Origin: an uncultured Gammaproteobacteria bacterium
GTDB taxonomy: Bacteria; Patescibacteriota; Patescibacteriia; Magasanikbacterales; GWA2-37-8
Length of the DNA: 64,000 nucleotides
Reading direction: 5' to 3'
Assembly (NCBI GenBank): GCA_964536725.1
Contig: CAZHYJ010000003.1
Coordinates: 39,065-103,064, forward strand
Part shown: one piece after another, positions 18,712 through 28,230 of the stretch
Position numbering within the stretch: position 1 is the stretch's first letter
Layout of the letters: every line of letters begins with the position of its first letter
Program-made: the position numbers and the translations under genes
The notes under the pieces: generated by a model
What the model was told of the DNA's origin: nothing
Databases searched by the model: none
Seen by the model: only the letters and a program-made list of their open reading frames with translations

Positions 18712-21477
18712 ATGTCCTTACTTACCAAGATTTTCGGTGATCCTAACGCTAAGGTAGTGGCGTCCATAAAACCAATTGTTGAAAAAATAAACTCCCTGGA
18801 ACCCTCCATGGAGAAGTTGTCATTAGAAGAATTACGTGGTAAAACCACGGAGTTTAAAGATCGTCTCCAAAAAGGCGAAACTTTGGATGATATTTTGCCC
18901 GAGGCTTTTGCAGTGGTACGTGAAACTTCGCGCCGGATAACCGGCATGCGTCATTTTGATGTTCAGCTGATCGGTGGCGTGGTTTTGCATCGTGGGCAAA
19001 TTGCTGAGATGAGAACTGGTGAGGGTAAAACTTTGGTAGCAACACTGCCAATATATTTAAATGCCTTAGCCGGTCGTGGTGTGCACCTGGTAACCGTTAA
19101 TGATTACTTGGCTAAACGTGATGCCGTCTGGATGGGTCAGATTTATGACGCACTCGGACTCAGTATCGGTATTATCCAACAGCAGATGATTTCATATAAA
19201 TATGTAAAGACTAAGTTGTTGTCAGCGGAAGAAGTAAAAGAAAATGAAAACGCGGTTACAGTGACAGGTGAAAAAGAAGATAGTCAGTTGGCGAAATTTA
19301 AAGTGGAGATGGAACATCTGGAACCATGTACGCGTAAAGAAGCATATGCCTGTGATATCACTTACGGCACCAACAATGAATACGGTTTTGATTATCTGCG
19401 CGACAACATGGTGCAGAGCATGGAAGAGATGTCACAGCGACCTTTTTTCTTTGCAATCATCGATGAGGTAGATTCGATTTTAGTGGATGAGGCGCGCACC
19501 CCTTTGATTATCTCTGCTCCCGCTGAGGAAGCGGCAAATTTGTATTACAAGTTTGCGGATCTGGTCAAGCAGTTGGTGATCAACGAAGATTACAATGTTG
19601 ATGAAAAAATGCGGGCAGCCACTTTGACAGAAGAAGGTATCCATAAAATGGAACAGTGGCTTGGTATTGAAAATATTTATGCGGAAGGTGGAACTAGTAC
19701 AGTACATCACGTGGAGCAAGCTTTGCGTGCCTTTGCACTTTTCCGTCGTGATCGTGATTATGTCGTAGAAAATGGGGAAGTGGTAATCGTGGACGAATTT
19801 ACCGGTCGCAAAATGCCCGGTCGTCGTTACAGTGAAGGTTTGCACCAAGCGATTGAAGCGCAAGAAAAAGTGGAGATTCAGCGTGAGAGTCGTACTTTGG
19901 CGACCGTTACTTTTCAGAACTACTTTCGTCTCTATGCCAAACTAGCCGGTATGACTGGTACGGCTGTTACCGAAGCAGAAGAGTTTGGTAAGATTTACAA
20001 ATTGGAAGTGGTGGTAGTGCCAACCAACAAGTTGGCTCGTAGAACTGATCACCCCGATCGGATTTACAAAACGGAAGAGGCGAAATATCAGGCGATTGCT
20101 AAAACAGTAAAAGAATTTCAAACCAAAGGCCAACCAGTTTTGATTGGTACTATTTCGGTAGAAAAAAATGAAGAGTTGAGTCTGTATTTAGAACGGGAAG
20201 GAATCAAACATGAAATTTTGAATGCAAAAAACCATGAACGTGAAGGTGAAATCGTCGCGCAAGCCGGTCGGGCTGGGGCTGTGACATTAGCCACTAACAT
20301 GGCGGGACGTGGTGTTGATATTATCTTAGGTGGTAACCCACCAGACAAAGAGTTAGCAGAAAAAGTGAAAGATGCCGGTGGTTTGTTTGTGATTGGTACC
20401 GAGCGCCACGAATCACGCCGTATTGATAACCAGTTGCGTGGTCGTGCTGGTCGCCAGGGCGATCCGGGTGAAACCCAGTTTTTCCTTTCTACCCAAGACG
20501 ATTTGATGCGCATTTTTGCTGGCGACCGAATTCGTTCGGTGATGGAAACATTGCGCGTGCCGGATGATATGCCGATTGAACAAAAAAGTATTACTAAATT
20601 AATTGAATCCGCGCAAAAGAAAGTGGAAGGTTTCCATTTTGATACCCGCAAACATTTATTAGAATACGATGATGTCTTAAATCGTCATCGTGAAGTTATC
20701 TACGGCAAACGCCGTGAGATTTTGGAAACTTTTGTCAAAGAAAAAGCGGCTTTGACTGGTGAGGAAAAACCAACTAAAACTTTACGTGAGTTGGTTTTCA
20801 AAATGATTGAAGATGAAATTGAACAGGTAGTTTCTTTTCATACCAACACTGAAGAACGCCAAGATTGGAATTTGAAAGAAATTCAGGAAACAGTGGCGAC
20901 TATCTTCCCGCTGAACACGAAGGAAAAAGAAAAGATTTTGGAATACAGTAATCACGGTACAGAAAAATTGGACGCAGTGAATGTGCGCACTGAGTTGATC
21001 GAATATTTAATGGAGATGGCGCGATTGCGATATGATGAGATGTTAGTGAACAAAGCACCCGATCCAGAAATGATGTTGGAAATCGAAAAGCAAATGTTGT
21101 TGCGTTCGATTGATAACCTGTGGGTGGAACATTTGGTGGCTGTGGATTATCTGCGCACCGGTATTGGTTTGCGCGGTTATGGCCAGAGAGATCCGCTGGT
21201 GGAATACAAAAAAGAAACTTACCACATGTTTAATGAGTTGTTGAGTTTGATTCAAAAAGAATTGGTTTATAGTATTTACAAAGTCAGTGCTGGAATTGAT
21301 CTGGCGCCGAGCGTGATGTCGCGAGGTAATGTGATTTTAAAGGGTGCGGAGACAGGCGAAGAACAGGTAGTGACTAAGGGGGCGATAAAAGATGCTGAAG
21401 GGAACAAAGTGGGGCGCAATGATTTGTGTCCGTGTGGGAGTGGGAAAAAGTTTAAGAAGTGTCATATGAATGTTTAG
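18712..21477 (+). CDS. secA: preprotein translocase ATPase SecA (with C-terminal zinc-binding tail CPCGSGKKFKKCH)
   Basis: Full-length SecA: DEAD-like motor motifs, preprotein cross-linking domain, C-terminal Zn finger. Confidence 0.95.
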   Translation: MSLLTKIFGDPNAKVVASIKPIVEKINSLEPSMEKLSLEELRGKTTEFKDRLQKGETLDDILPEAFAVVRETSRRITGMRHFDVQLIGGVVLHRGQIAEMRTGEGKTLVATLPIYLNALAGRGVHLVTVNDYLAKRDAVWMGQIYDALGLSIGIIQQQMISYKYVKTKLLSAEEVKENENAVTVTGEKEDSQLAKFKVEMEHLEPCTRKEAYACDITYGTNNEYGFDYLRDNMVQSMEEMSQRPFFFAIIDEVDSILVDEARTPLIISAPAEEAANLYYKFADLVKQLVINEDYNVDEKMRAATLTEEGIHKMEQWLGIENIYAEGGTSTVHHVEQALRAFALFRRDRDYVVENGEVVIVDEFTGRKMPGRRYSEGLHQAIEAQEKVEIQRESRTLATVTFQNYFRLYAKLAGMTGTAVTEAEEFGKIYKLEVVVVPTNKLARRTDHPDRIYKTEEAKYQAIAKTVKEFQTKGQPVLIGTISVEKNEELSLYLEREGIKHEILNAKNHEREGEIVAQAGRAGAVTLATNMAGRGVDIILGGNPPDKELAEKVKDAGGLFVIGTERHESRRIDNQLRGRAGRQGDPGETQFFLSTQDDLMRIFAGDRIRSVMETLRVPDDMPIEQKSITKLIESAQKKVEGFHFDTRKHLLEYDDVLNRHREVIYGKRREILETFVKEKAALTGEEKPTKTLRELVFKMIEDEIEQVVSFHTNTEERQDWNLKEIQETVATIFPLNTKEKEKILEYSNHGTEKLDAVNVRTELIEYLMEMARLRYDEMLVNKAPDPEMMLEIEKQMLLRSIDNLWVEHLVAVDYLRTGIGLRGYGQRDPLVEYKKETYHMFNELLSLIQKELVYSIYKVSAGIDLAPSVMSRGNVILKGAETGEEQVVTKGAIKDAEGNKVGRNDLCPCGSGKKFKKCHMNV

Positions 21478-21509
21478 GCAAAAAGGGCTCTGTATAGAGC
21501 TCTTTTTTT
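21448..21509 (+). repeat. attL-like junction: secA 3' end plus terminator hairpin (copy 1 of an imperfect direct repeat)
   Basis: gtttaagaagtgtcatatgaatgtttaggcaaaaagggctctgtatagagctcttttttt matches 31658-31729 at about 85% identity. Confidence 0.6.
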
Positions 21510-21512
21510 AAT
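21478..21512 (+). terminator. rho-independent terminator of secA
   Basis: Hairpin AGGGCTCT-GTAT-AGAGCTCT followed by a T7 run. Confidence 0.7.
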
Positions 21513-21603
21513 TATCAAATTGGGTAGAGTTACTTTTTTGAGTACTATCTACAGTTTTTCTCCTCTCGGTTTGTATTGACCCCTACTCACATGGTTTTAA
21601 AGT

Positions 21604-23163
21604 CTACAGAACAAAATCTATTTCGATTTTTCCATCTCCAGCCCTAATTTGTTTTATTACTGTACGCAATATTTGTTTTTTCTCATCCAACATCATGGCT
21701 CCCCACAAATTATCAAAATCTTTAAGCGTGGCGGCAAATTTCTTTAAGACTTCTATGTTTTGATCTAGCTGCATCAGGTTGGTCTTGGTGCGTACAATTT
21801 CTTGTTCATATCGTTCTTTATCAACGCGAAGTCTGGTCATGGCCTCTCCGTATTGTTCGGTGGTTATTATGTTTTTTTCAAATGCTTCCTGCTGCCTTTT
21901 TAGCCGCTCTGGCAGACGACTGTGCTCTTGCTCTAATTTAGTCAATTCATCTGATAAATTTTGTTTAGTGTCACTATTACCACTGTAAATAATTCGCTCC
22001 TGTATTTTTGGGTTGCCGTATAAACATCTAATTTGATCAAGGACGGCACCTTCTAGTTTAGTTGCACTCATAATACGTGGTGAACAAATGCCAGAATATT
22101 TATAGCCACTGCAGAGATATTCATAGGTTGTGGTGTCAGACCAATTTTTATTGAGTTGTGAACGCTTGTGGTGTCGCGTCTGATAGTTTCCACCTTTACC
22201 ACATCTGATACATTTTAACAAGCCAGTCAACAATCCAAGTGAACGAGCGGATCCTCCAAACGCCGCCTTACTACGTTCTCGTTTGGTGCTTTGTGCTTTG
22301 GTAAATATTTCTTCTGATATTATTGGCTGGTGATTGCCTTGTACGGTAATTCCTTCTCTGCCTCTAAGTTGCTTTTCTTTTGTCTTTTTATAATCTGCAA
22401 ACCTCCACCCCCACCAAACTTTTCCAGTATAAGTGATATTACTTAGAATGTATCTGATTGTATGTGCAGTCCACACCCCACCTTTAGGGCTAATTTTTCC
22501 GCACCTATTAAGTTCTGTGGCTATCTTTTGTACACCAGCTCCTTTGGTATATTGGTTAAAAATATGACGAATAAGTGGTGCGGCTTCATTGTCTAGACTA
22601 ATTTCACGTTTAATTTTTCCATGATCGTCAATTGATTTTTTAACTGAATATCCAAAAGGCACTCGGTTTGGAATGATACCTTGTTTTGCTTTGCTGTTTC
22701 TTCCCATTTTCATGCGACGGCTAATCGCTTTGCGTTCTAAGTCCGAGCGTATGTCAGACATTCCTTCTACCATTATGTTTATGTCATCGTCATCTGAATC
22801 GTATGTTTTTGGGTCTCGTGGTTCAACAGGGGAGTTTATAGCATATGTTTGGATGCCGAGATCCTTTAACTCTTCACGTGTGATAGTGGCAGCAGCACGA
22901 TTGCGAGCAAAACGATCAAAATCTTTTACAATTACTAAATTAAATTTATGGTTGCGCGCGTCACGTAAGAGAGATTGAAACCCTACTCTTTCCTCGGTTA
23001 AGTGGCCACTTATGCCAAGATCAACGTATTTATTGTAAAGTGTCCAACCTGCATGTTCGTTGATAACACGTCTGCAGGCCTCCTCTTGATCGGCTGGCGA
23101 AGCTTTTCCATCAGCTTGTTCTTTAGTTGATACCCGAATGTAAATCGCGGCTGTTATATTCAT
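21604..23163 (-). CDS. large serine recombinase (resolvase/invertase catalytic domain, recombinase domain and zinc ribbon)
   Basis: N-terminus AAIYIRVSTKEQ with the catalytic Ser, then DLGISG and RFARN motifs; about 520 aa with a Cys-rich C-terminal region; start set at the Met of MNITAAIY. Confidence 0.85.
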   Translation of the reverse strand: MNITAAIYIRVSTKEQADGKASPADQEEACRRVINEHAGWTLYNKYVDLGISGHLTEERVGFQSLLRDARNHKFNLVIVKDFDRFARNRAAATITREELKDLGIQTYAINSPVEPRDPKTYDSDDDDINIMVEGMSDIRSDLERKAISRRMKMGRNSKAKQGIIPNRVPFGYSVKKSIDDHGKIKREISLDNEAAPLIRHIFNQYTKGAGVQKIATELNRCGKISPKGGVWTAHTIRYILSNITYTGKVWWGWRFADYKKTKEKQLRGREGITVQGNHQPIISEEIFTKAQSTKRERSKAAFGGSARSLGLLTGLLKCIRCGKGGNYQTRHHKRSQLNKNWSDTTTYEYLCSGYKYSGICSPRIMSATKLEGAVLDQIRCLYGNPKIQERIIYSGNSDTKQNLSDELTKLEQEHSRLPERLKRQQEAFEKNIITTEQYGEAMTRLRVDKERYEQEIVRTKTNLMQLDQNIEVLKKFAATLKDFDNLWGAMMLDEKKQILRTVIKQIRAGDGKIEIDFVL

Positions 23164-23361
23164 ATAATAGCATGTTAATTTAATAAAAAAAATGGAATAC
23201 AAAAAGGGGCAGTCGAAGGTCTACCCACGTTTAGTACTACGAAAGTGCTAATTGTGGAATCGAATGCCCCTTTTTGTGCGCAAAAAGATATGACAGTTTC
23301 GTAGCTGAAATCGTGGGTAGACGATATTAGTATAACAAAACAGGAAGATCTTTTCAACATG

Positions 23362-23652
23362 TTAATTATTGTTAATTTGACGTTCAACCACTGTGTTGAT
23401 CAGGCCAGCTACCATATCAGCGAGGCGGGAAGCAAGAAAATCACCATTTAGATTATTTGTGATTATAATTAATTTTTGTCCTGCTGTGCACAAGGAGCCA
23501 TCACTATCATCGGATGAATCTGGGCCATCCGACTTAGCTTTTCTGCTCTGCCTCTGCGAATGTGTTTGTCTTCCTCTAGATCTTACCTGCCTATTTTTGA
23601 TTTGCAGATTTACCACCCTGCGAGCGGTTACACTTTTTGGAATATTTGCCAT
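23362..23652 (-). CDS. hypothetical basic/acidic small protein
   Basis: 96 aa ORF inside the island; Arg-rich N-terminal part, Ser/Asp-rich middle. Confidence 0.3.
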   Translation of the reverse strand: MANIPKSVTARRVVNLQIKNRQVRSRGRQTHSQRQSRKAKSDGPDSSDDSDGSLCTAGQKLIIITNNLNGDFLASRLADMVAGLINTVVERQINNN

Positions 23653-23663
23653 ATTAGTAATTT

Positions 23664-23927
23664 TTATTTATTAGTATCTTTTTGATCTTTGTTAGTGTCA
23701 TCAGAATCAAATTCTTGCTGGTTTTCATCGATACAACTAGAATTTTTCACAACAGGTTCATTGTGGTGGATATTTTTACCTCCCTTACCTTTACGGGAAG
23801 GATTATGGCCCATTCTATAGTCATATAATGGGCAGTCATTTGATGGACAAAACTGAACTTCTTTTCTTTGACCACACATACAATTTAAACAGTTTTGTCT
23901 TATTGCTTTAATTGGAGTTAGTGTCAT
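23664..23927 (-). CDS. small zinc-ribbon protein
   Basis: CLNCMCGQRKEVQFCPSNDCPLYDY Cys cluster. Confidence 0.4.
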   Translation of the reverse strand: MTLTPIKAIRQNCLNCMCGQRKEVQFCPSNDCPLYDYRMGHNPSRKGKGGKNIHHNEPVVKNSSCIDENQQEFDSDDTNKDQKDTNK

Positions 23928-24146
23928 ATTAATTATTAAATTAATGATTATTGCAGAGGCAGGTATGTGTTAAAAGCACCTGCCTCTATTTATAGTATTT
24001 CACTCCTACCCTTACAGTTTGTACCCACCTCTACCAACAGACAGACGAACCGACAAACCACGACTCTATAGGTTGCATATATAGGGTGCAATTCTACACC
24101 AGTTATTACAGGTACTATTTTGGTGGGTCTAGTAAAGCTTTTGCAT

Positions 24147-24974
24147 TTAAGGAGGACGAGTTTTTTGTCGTTGCCCCCAGTGTGCTTTTAAACTAAACCT
24201 CACCAGACTAATACCCGTAAATTTAAATCTGTTTGGTAAAGTTCGCATCAGGTAGTTTTTTTCATTTTTTACTTGGATAGAATAGGCATATGGGTTATCT
24301 CCAACACGATCTTTTATTTGATCATCTACCACAGTATCCATATTGATTAGAATCCAATTGGAAAGAGTCGTTTTGATTTCTATATTTTGATAAACTCGCG
24401 TGTTTGGTATTATTTTCGCTTTGGATATCTGTATTTGATATATAATGGTTCGCTTTGATACATTGAACTTTTTGGCCATCTTAGTGTAAGACAATCGGCC
24501 TACGGTAATTTTTCGTTTATATTTTCTGTCTAAATCACATTCTGCGTATAGCCGAATGATCAGCGCTTTAAACTTGGTATTGTTGTTTAGCAGTTCCAAG
24601 AGACCTTTGTTCAATCTTTGTTTTCTTTTAAGTGTTCCATTCATTCTAAGTTTGTGGAGCTTGCAGATCGCTTTCCAAGACAGGTAGTATATTTTTTTGT
24701 GTCCAATTCCAGAAAATAATCCAGATTTTCTACAGGAACGTATAGTATGACGTAAATTGTCCCCGGTAAATTTTATTAGTTGATCAGTATCTACACATCC
24801 TGTGCCTGTTGGATTTAGAATATGTCTACATATGAACCAAATGCGTAGAGGCCCTACTAGGTTTTTGTGGTGCTGATAAAAATGAAAAAGAACATTAAGG
24901 TGGAAAGAAATTATTTTTGGAGTAGAATTTTTCATTTTATATATCGTTAAATAACAAAACGCACATATGAACAA
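24147..24974 (-). CDS. hypothetical protein with C-terminal helix-turn-helix (sigma region-4-like)
   Basis: Segment RLSYTKMAKKFNVSKRTIIYQIQISKAKI resembles an HTH; the true start may be the internal Met (MKNSTPK, about 24935). Confidence 0.4.
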   Translation of the reverse strand: MFICAFCYLTIYKMKNSTPKIISFHLNVLFHFYQHHKNLVGPLRIWFICRHILNPTGTGCVDTDQLIKFTGDNLRHTIRSCRKSGLFSGIGHKKIYYLSWKAICKLHKLRMNGTLKRKQRLNKGLLELLNNNTKFKALIIRLYAECDLDRKYKRKITVGRLSYTKMAKKFNVSKRTIIYQIQISKAKIIPNTRVYQNIEIKTTLSNWILINMDTVVDDQIKDRVGDNPYAYSIQVKNEKNYLMRTLPNRFKFTGISLVRFSLKAHWGQRQKTRPP

Positions 24975-25249
24975 TATCCAACCCCCATCTCCTAAAAAGC
25001 GGGGGTTAATATTTTATCTTCATATGTGCGCTACAAGTATTGTTGCCTTTTGCAACCGCGAATGTGATCGCAATATCACTCCGCCTTTTTATTGGTTTGG
25101 TCTATTTGGTAATATTTTATCGGAAGAAAACTGGTACCAAGTCATTTTGTGAATAAATTCACAATACCTGAATGATCTAAATATTTTTTGAATGTCTAAT
25201 TGATCAAAAAAACGGCATAAATTTGATGGATAAGTAATTAATTATTTTG

Positions 25250-25930
25250 TTAGCTGGTTAGTACTGCCTCTGCAAATTGCTTGTTGGCAAGGGATTTTAT
25301 ATCTGCGTTATATGATTCTTCCAGATTATTCCATTGGCGAAAGAAACGGATGGCGCGTTTAGTTGGTCGGCCATTATAAGAAATTCTGTCCATGCTTTCG
25401 CGTAATTTAGCCAACTTAATTCTTTTGTGAACATAATAGGGAAGTCCACCCAATGATTTTTTGTTGATTCTGGTTGACTCATAAGCTAATTCGCTGCAAA
25501 TACGACATACAAACAGGCTGTTTTTAGGCAGGTATAGTTTGTTGCATTTTCTACCACAATCACAGGTAAAGTAATATCGTGTTCCATATTGTAATTCTTG
25601 GGTTGATAATTTAATTGTCTGTTCTGCCCCACTGTCCATATGTGTGGCATCTTTTACAAAAAATATTTCTAGCATTAATTTTTCTCCTTCTAATTTCACT
25701 TCGTAATTGATAAATAGATTGCCGGTAGTCCCTCTAATCATAAATTTGCCTCTTCTACCCTTGGGTTTGACTAAATCTGGGAATAACTTTTCCTCTATAC
25801 CAGAGACCTGGTGTAGTAGTTTTTTGCCAAAGTCACCAATGCAGAGAGTGTGAGATTCCTCTACCAACGCTTTGACAGGTGGTTCTCTTTTTAGTATTTC
25901 AATTATGTCATTTTTGGTTAGATTTTCCAT
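25250..25930 (-). CDS. hypothetical protein with internal zinc ribbon
   Basis: 226 aa; CDCGRKC...CRIC Cys pairs; no family recognised. Confidence 0.4.
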   Translation of the reverse strand: MENLTKNDIIEILKREPPVKALVEESHTLCIGDFGKKLLHQVSGIEEKLFPDLVKPKGRRGKFMIRGTTGNLFINYEVKLEGEKLMLEIFFVKDATHMDSGAEQTIKLSTQELQYGTRYYFTCDCGRKCNKLYLPKNSLFVCRICSELAYESTRINKKSLGGLPYYVHKRIKLAKLRESMDRISYNGRPTKRAIRFFRQWNNLEESYNADIKSLANKQFAEAVLTS

Positions 25931-26203
25931 ATTTTTAACGATATTTTATTATCTATTATTAATTATTTCATAAGTACATCAGGTCAGTCTAATGTTTTAA
26001 AAAGAGAAAAAAAAGAGGGCCATACCCGATAGTATGAGTCCCGTGAATAGCAGGAGGACCCAAAACAAACCACTGCCCCTACCCGCCTATATAACCAATG
26101 TTATTATTTCCCTTTTATCAATACCTGCCTCTACCGTTAGCTACTATTTCTTTAGATAAGCCCCGCCACCGGAGCTTATTTTATTTTTAACTTATATGTA
26201 TCT

Positions 26204-26488
26204 ATGTCAGAAGTATTAAGCAACTATTCTGGATCTGCAATTACTGCCCAGACAGTTGCCTTAGAAATAGAGAAGCGTTGGGGTAGGACAGAAGTCGAGA
26301 AGTACGATCCATTTTCTAACTGTTTAACATATCGGCGGTGGGCAGAGTTAGATTACAGGGTTAAAAAAGGGGAGAAGGCGATCCGTAGTAAAACCTTCGT
26401 AGAGAAAAAAGACGAACTTGGTAATATAATAAAAAAATACCCAAAGACAGTCTGCCTCTTCTATTACCTTCAAGTAGAAAAAATATGA
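26204..26488 (+). CDS. ArdC-N (DUF1738)-like ssDNA-binding domain protein
   Basis: LTYRRWAELDYRVKKGEKAIRSKTF matches the ArdC N-domain core pattern (W.T..QA...G..V.KGEK.....F); identification by eye only. Confidence 0.45.
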   Translation: MSEVLSNYSGSAITAQTVALEIEKRWGRTEVEKYDPFSNCLTYRRWAELDYRVKKGEKAIRSKTFVEKKDELGNIIKKYPKTVCLFYYLQVEKI

Positions 26489-26691
26489 AGGTAAAAAACC
26501 AAAGACTGGTGAGTTATCGCCGCTATAGCATAAATGGACAACCAACGCCATTTCTTCCAATCGAGGGAAAGTTCCTAGAACAGTATGGTTTCAATATCGG
26601 ATGCGCCGTCGATGTTCAATACTCAAACGGCTTTGTGTCCATCAAAAAGATCATACAAGATCGTTACGGAGATAAATTTAATATTAAATAA
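26485..26691 (+). CDS. SymE-like toxin (SpoVT/AbrB fold)
   Basis: QRLVSYRRYSINGQPTPFLPIEGKFLEQYGFNIGCAVDVQYSNGFVSIKKI parallels the E. coli SymE core ([47 protein letters not shown]); overlaps the upstream gene by 4 nt. Confidence 0.6.
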   Translation: MKVKNQRLVSYRRYSINGQPTPFLPIEGKFLEQYGFNIGCAVDVQYSNGFVSIKKIIQDRYGDKFNIK

Positions 26692-26693
26692 CT

Positions 26694-26957
26694 ATGCATA
26701 AAAAAATTTTAAACAACATACAAAGAACAAATCTATCTCTGTTAGACCCCATAATCGTGGGTGAGCTAAAATCTGGTAATTGGCGCAACTCACCAAGTCC
26801 ATTGCTGCACTGTATTAAATGCGGTGGTTATAAAATCACCACGCCGATAATCCAGTTTTATGGTTATCTGGGAGAGAGGTTAGTATGTTATGAGTGCCAG
26901 AAATTAATTCAGTCTAATTTAAAATCATATGAACCATACCAACGTTGCAGTCGTTAA
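26694..26957 (+). CDS. small zinc-ribbon protein
   Basis: CIKCGGYKITTP...CYECQKLI Cys pairs. Confidence 0.35.
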   Translation: MHKKILNNIQRTNLSLLDPIIVGELKSGNWRNSPSPLLHCIKCGGYKITTPIIQFYGYLGERLVCYECQKLIQSNLKSYEPYQRCSR

Positions 26958-27657
26958 ACCTGCCCCGACTATAGTATCTATACCTGCTCTGTCTCTACAG
27001 GAGGCGATAGAACCTTCCAAGGTGCTTGAATTCGCTCACAAGGCAGCTAAAGCGCTCAAAGACGTCATTGATAGTAGTTCTAAGAAAGTAATGATCAATG
27101 GCGAACAGTTTCTGACCTTTGAAAATTGGCAGACAATAGCCCGGTTCTATAATATAACTGTCGGAACAGAATCTACTAAGCCAATAACCAAAGACAATAA
27201 GATATTTGGCTATGAAAGCAAGGCAGTAGCATATCGTGACGGCATAATTATTTCCTCCGCAGAAGCTAGTACTTTTAGAGATGAGGCAAGTTGGAGAGAT
27301 AAACCAAGTTTCCAACTAAAGTCTATGGCACAAACCAGGGCAGCGGCTAAGTGTTTAAGGAATATATTAGCGTGGGTTGTCGTGCTTGCAGGGTATAAAC
27401 CTACCCCTGCGGAGGAAATGATCGAACACAATGCACCTGTCTCTGCTGATAGTTATAGTGCCACTAAGAATTTCAGATCTTGGGAGGACGCTAAAGAGAA
27501 TGTAATCACTCCTAAACAATCTTCGCTTCTGCGGTCTCTCATAATTGAAAAAGTGCTAGACGAAGATGCTCGTGAGCAGAAACTCAGCGAAATTAAAGAT
27601 TTAACCAAGTCTGATGCTTCTATTTGGATATCCGACCTTATTAACGATAGAGTATGA
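26929..27657 (+). CDS. possible phage-type single-strand annealing protein (RecT/Redbeta-like); function tentative
   Basis: MINGEQFLTFENWQTIARFYNI and KSMAQTRAAAKCLRNIL resemble conserved RecT-family segments; recalled pattern only. Confidence 0.3.
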   Translation: MNHTNVAVVKPAPTIVSIPALSLQEAIEPSKVLEFAHKAAKALKDVIDSSSKKVMINGEQFLTFENWQTIARFYNITVGTESTKPITKDNKIFGYESKAVAYRDGIIISSAEASTFRDEASWRDKPSFQLKSMAQTRAAAKCLRNILAWVVVLAGYKPTPAEEMIEHNAPVSADSYSATKNFRSWEDAKENVITPKQSSLLRSLIIEKVLDEDAREQKLSEIKDLTKSDASIWISDLINDRV

Positions 27658-27986
27658 TGTATTTAATCGTCATAATCGTCGTTGTGGCTATCTTTTGTGC
27701 GCTTCGTAAGTTCTTTCTAGGTGACGATGTCTCTAGTTCGCCACAGTACAAGAATGTTGATGTTGTCCTGTCTCTGCCGGTAGAGATAGTTGCAAATCAT
27801 AGACCCACAATGTCTATAAGTGAGAGAGAAAGGCGTAGGCGCAACTTGTTGCAGAGTGTTTATGCTCTTGGTTTTAGACATGCCAACGCTTACAAGATAT
27901 TAGACGCTCGCGATCACGACTTTTCTCTATTACCGTATTATTACCTAAGTAATAAACAAAAAATATATGTTGACCCACCAAAATAA
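27654..27986 (+). CDS. small membrane protein
   Basis: N-terminal TM helix; translationally coupled to neighbours. Confidence 0.35.
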   Translation: MMYLIVIIVVVAIFCALRKFFLGDDVSSSPQYKNVDVVLSLPVEIVANHRPTMSISERERRRRNLLQSVYALGFRHANAYKILDARDHDFSLLPYYYLSNKQKIYVDPPK

Positions 27987-28185
27987 ATCTCCTGAAGATA
28001 AAGCATCACTGTTATTCCTATTGTCGTTTTGGTTTGTGATCCTACCTGCGTTGTTTGCCTGTTTCATTATCGTTTTGTTTCTTCCAGGTTTACGGGAGTC
28101 TCTTTCGGATATTCTGGCGGTAAGCTTCTTCGTATTTGCTGGATTGTCTCTGTCGTATTGGGGGATAAAGCGTTTTAAAAAGTAA
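27967..28185 (+). CDS. small two-TM membrane protein (holin-like topology)
   Basis: 72 aa with two hydrophobic helices and a charged C-terminus. Confidence 0.3.
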   Translation: MLTHQNKSPEDKASLLFLLSFWFVILPALFACFIIVLFLPGLRESLSDILAVSFFVFAGLSLSYWGIKRFKK

Positions 28186-28193
28186 TTGCCGGG

Positions 28194-28230
28194 GCAGTAG
28201 CTAAAAACTACTGCCTTTTATTTTTATTGA
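28194..28230 (+). terminator. rho-independent terminator
   Basis: GCAGTAG-CTAAAAA-CTACTGC hairpin followed by CTTTTATTTTT. Confidence 0.6.

Noticed and set aside
23175-23387. 70-aa - strand ORF upstream of the recombinase
   Set aside because: It overlaps the nested inverted-repeat regulatory region and has a low-complexity peptide, so it is more likely non-coding.
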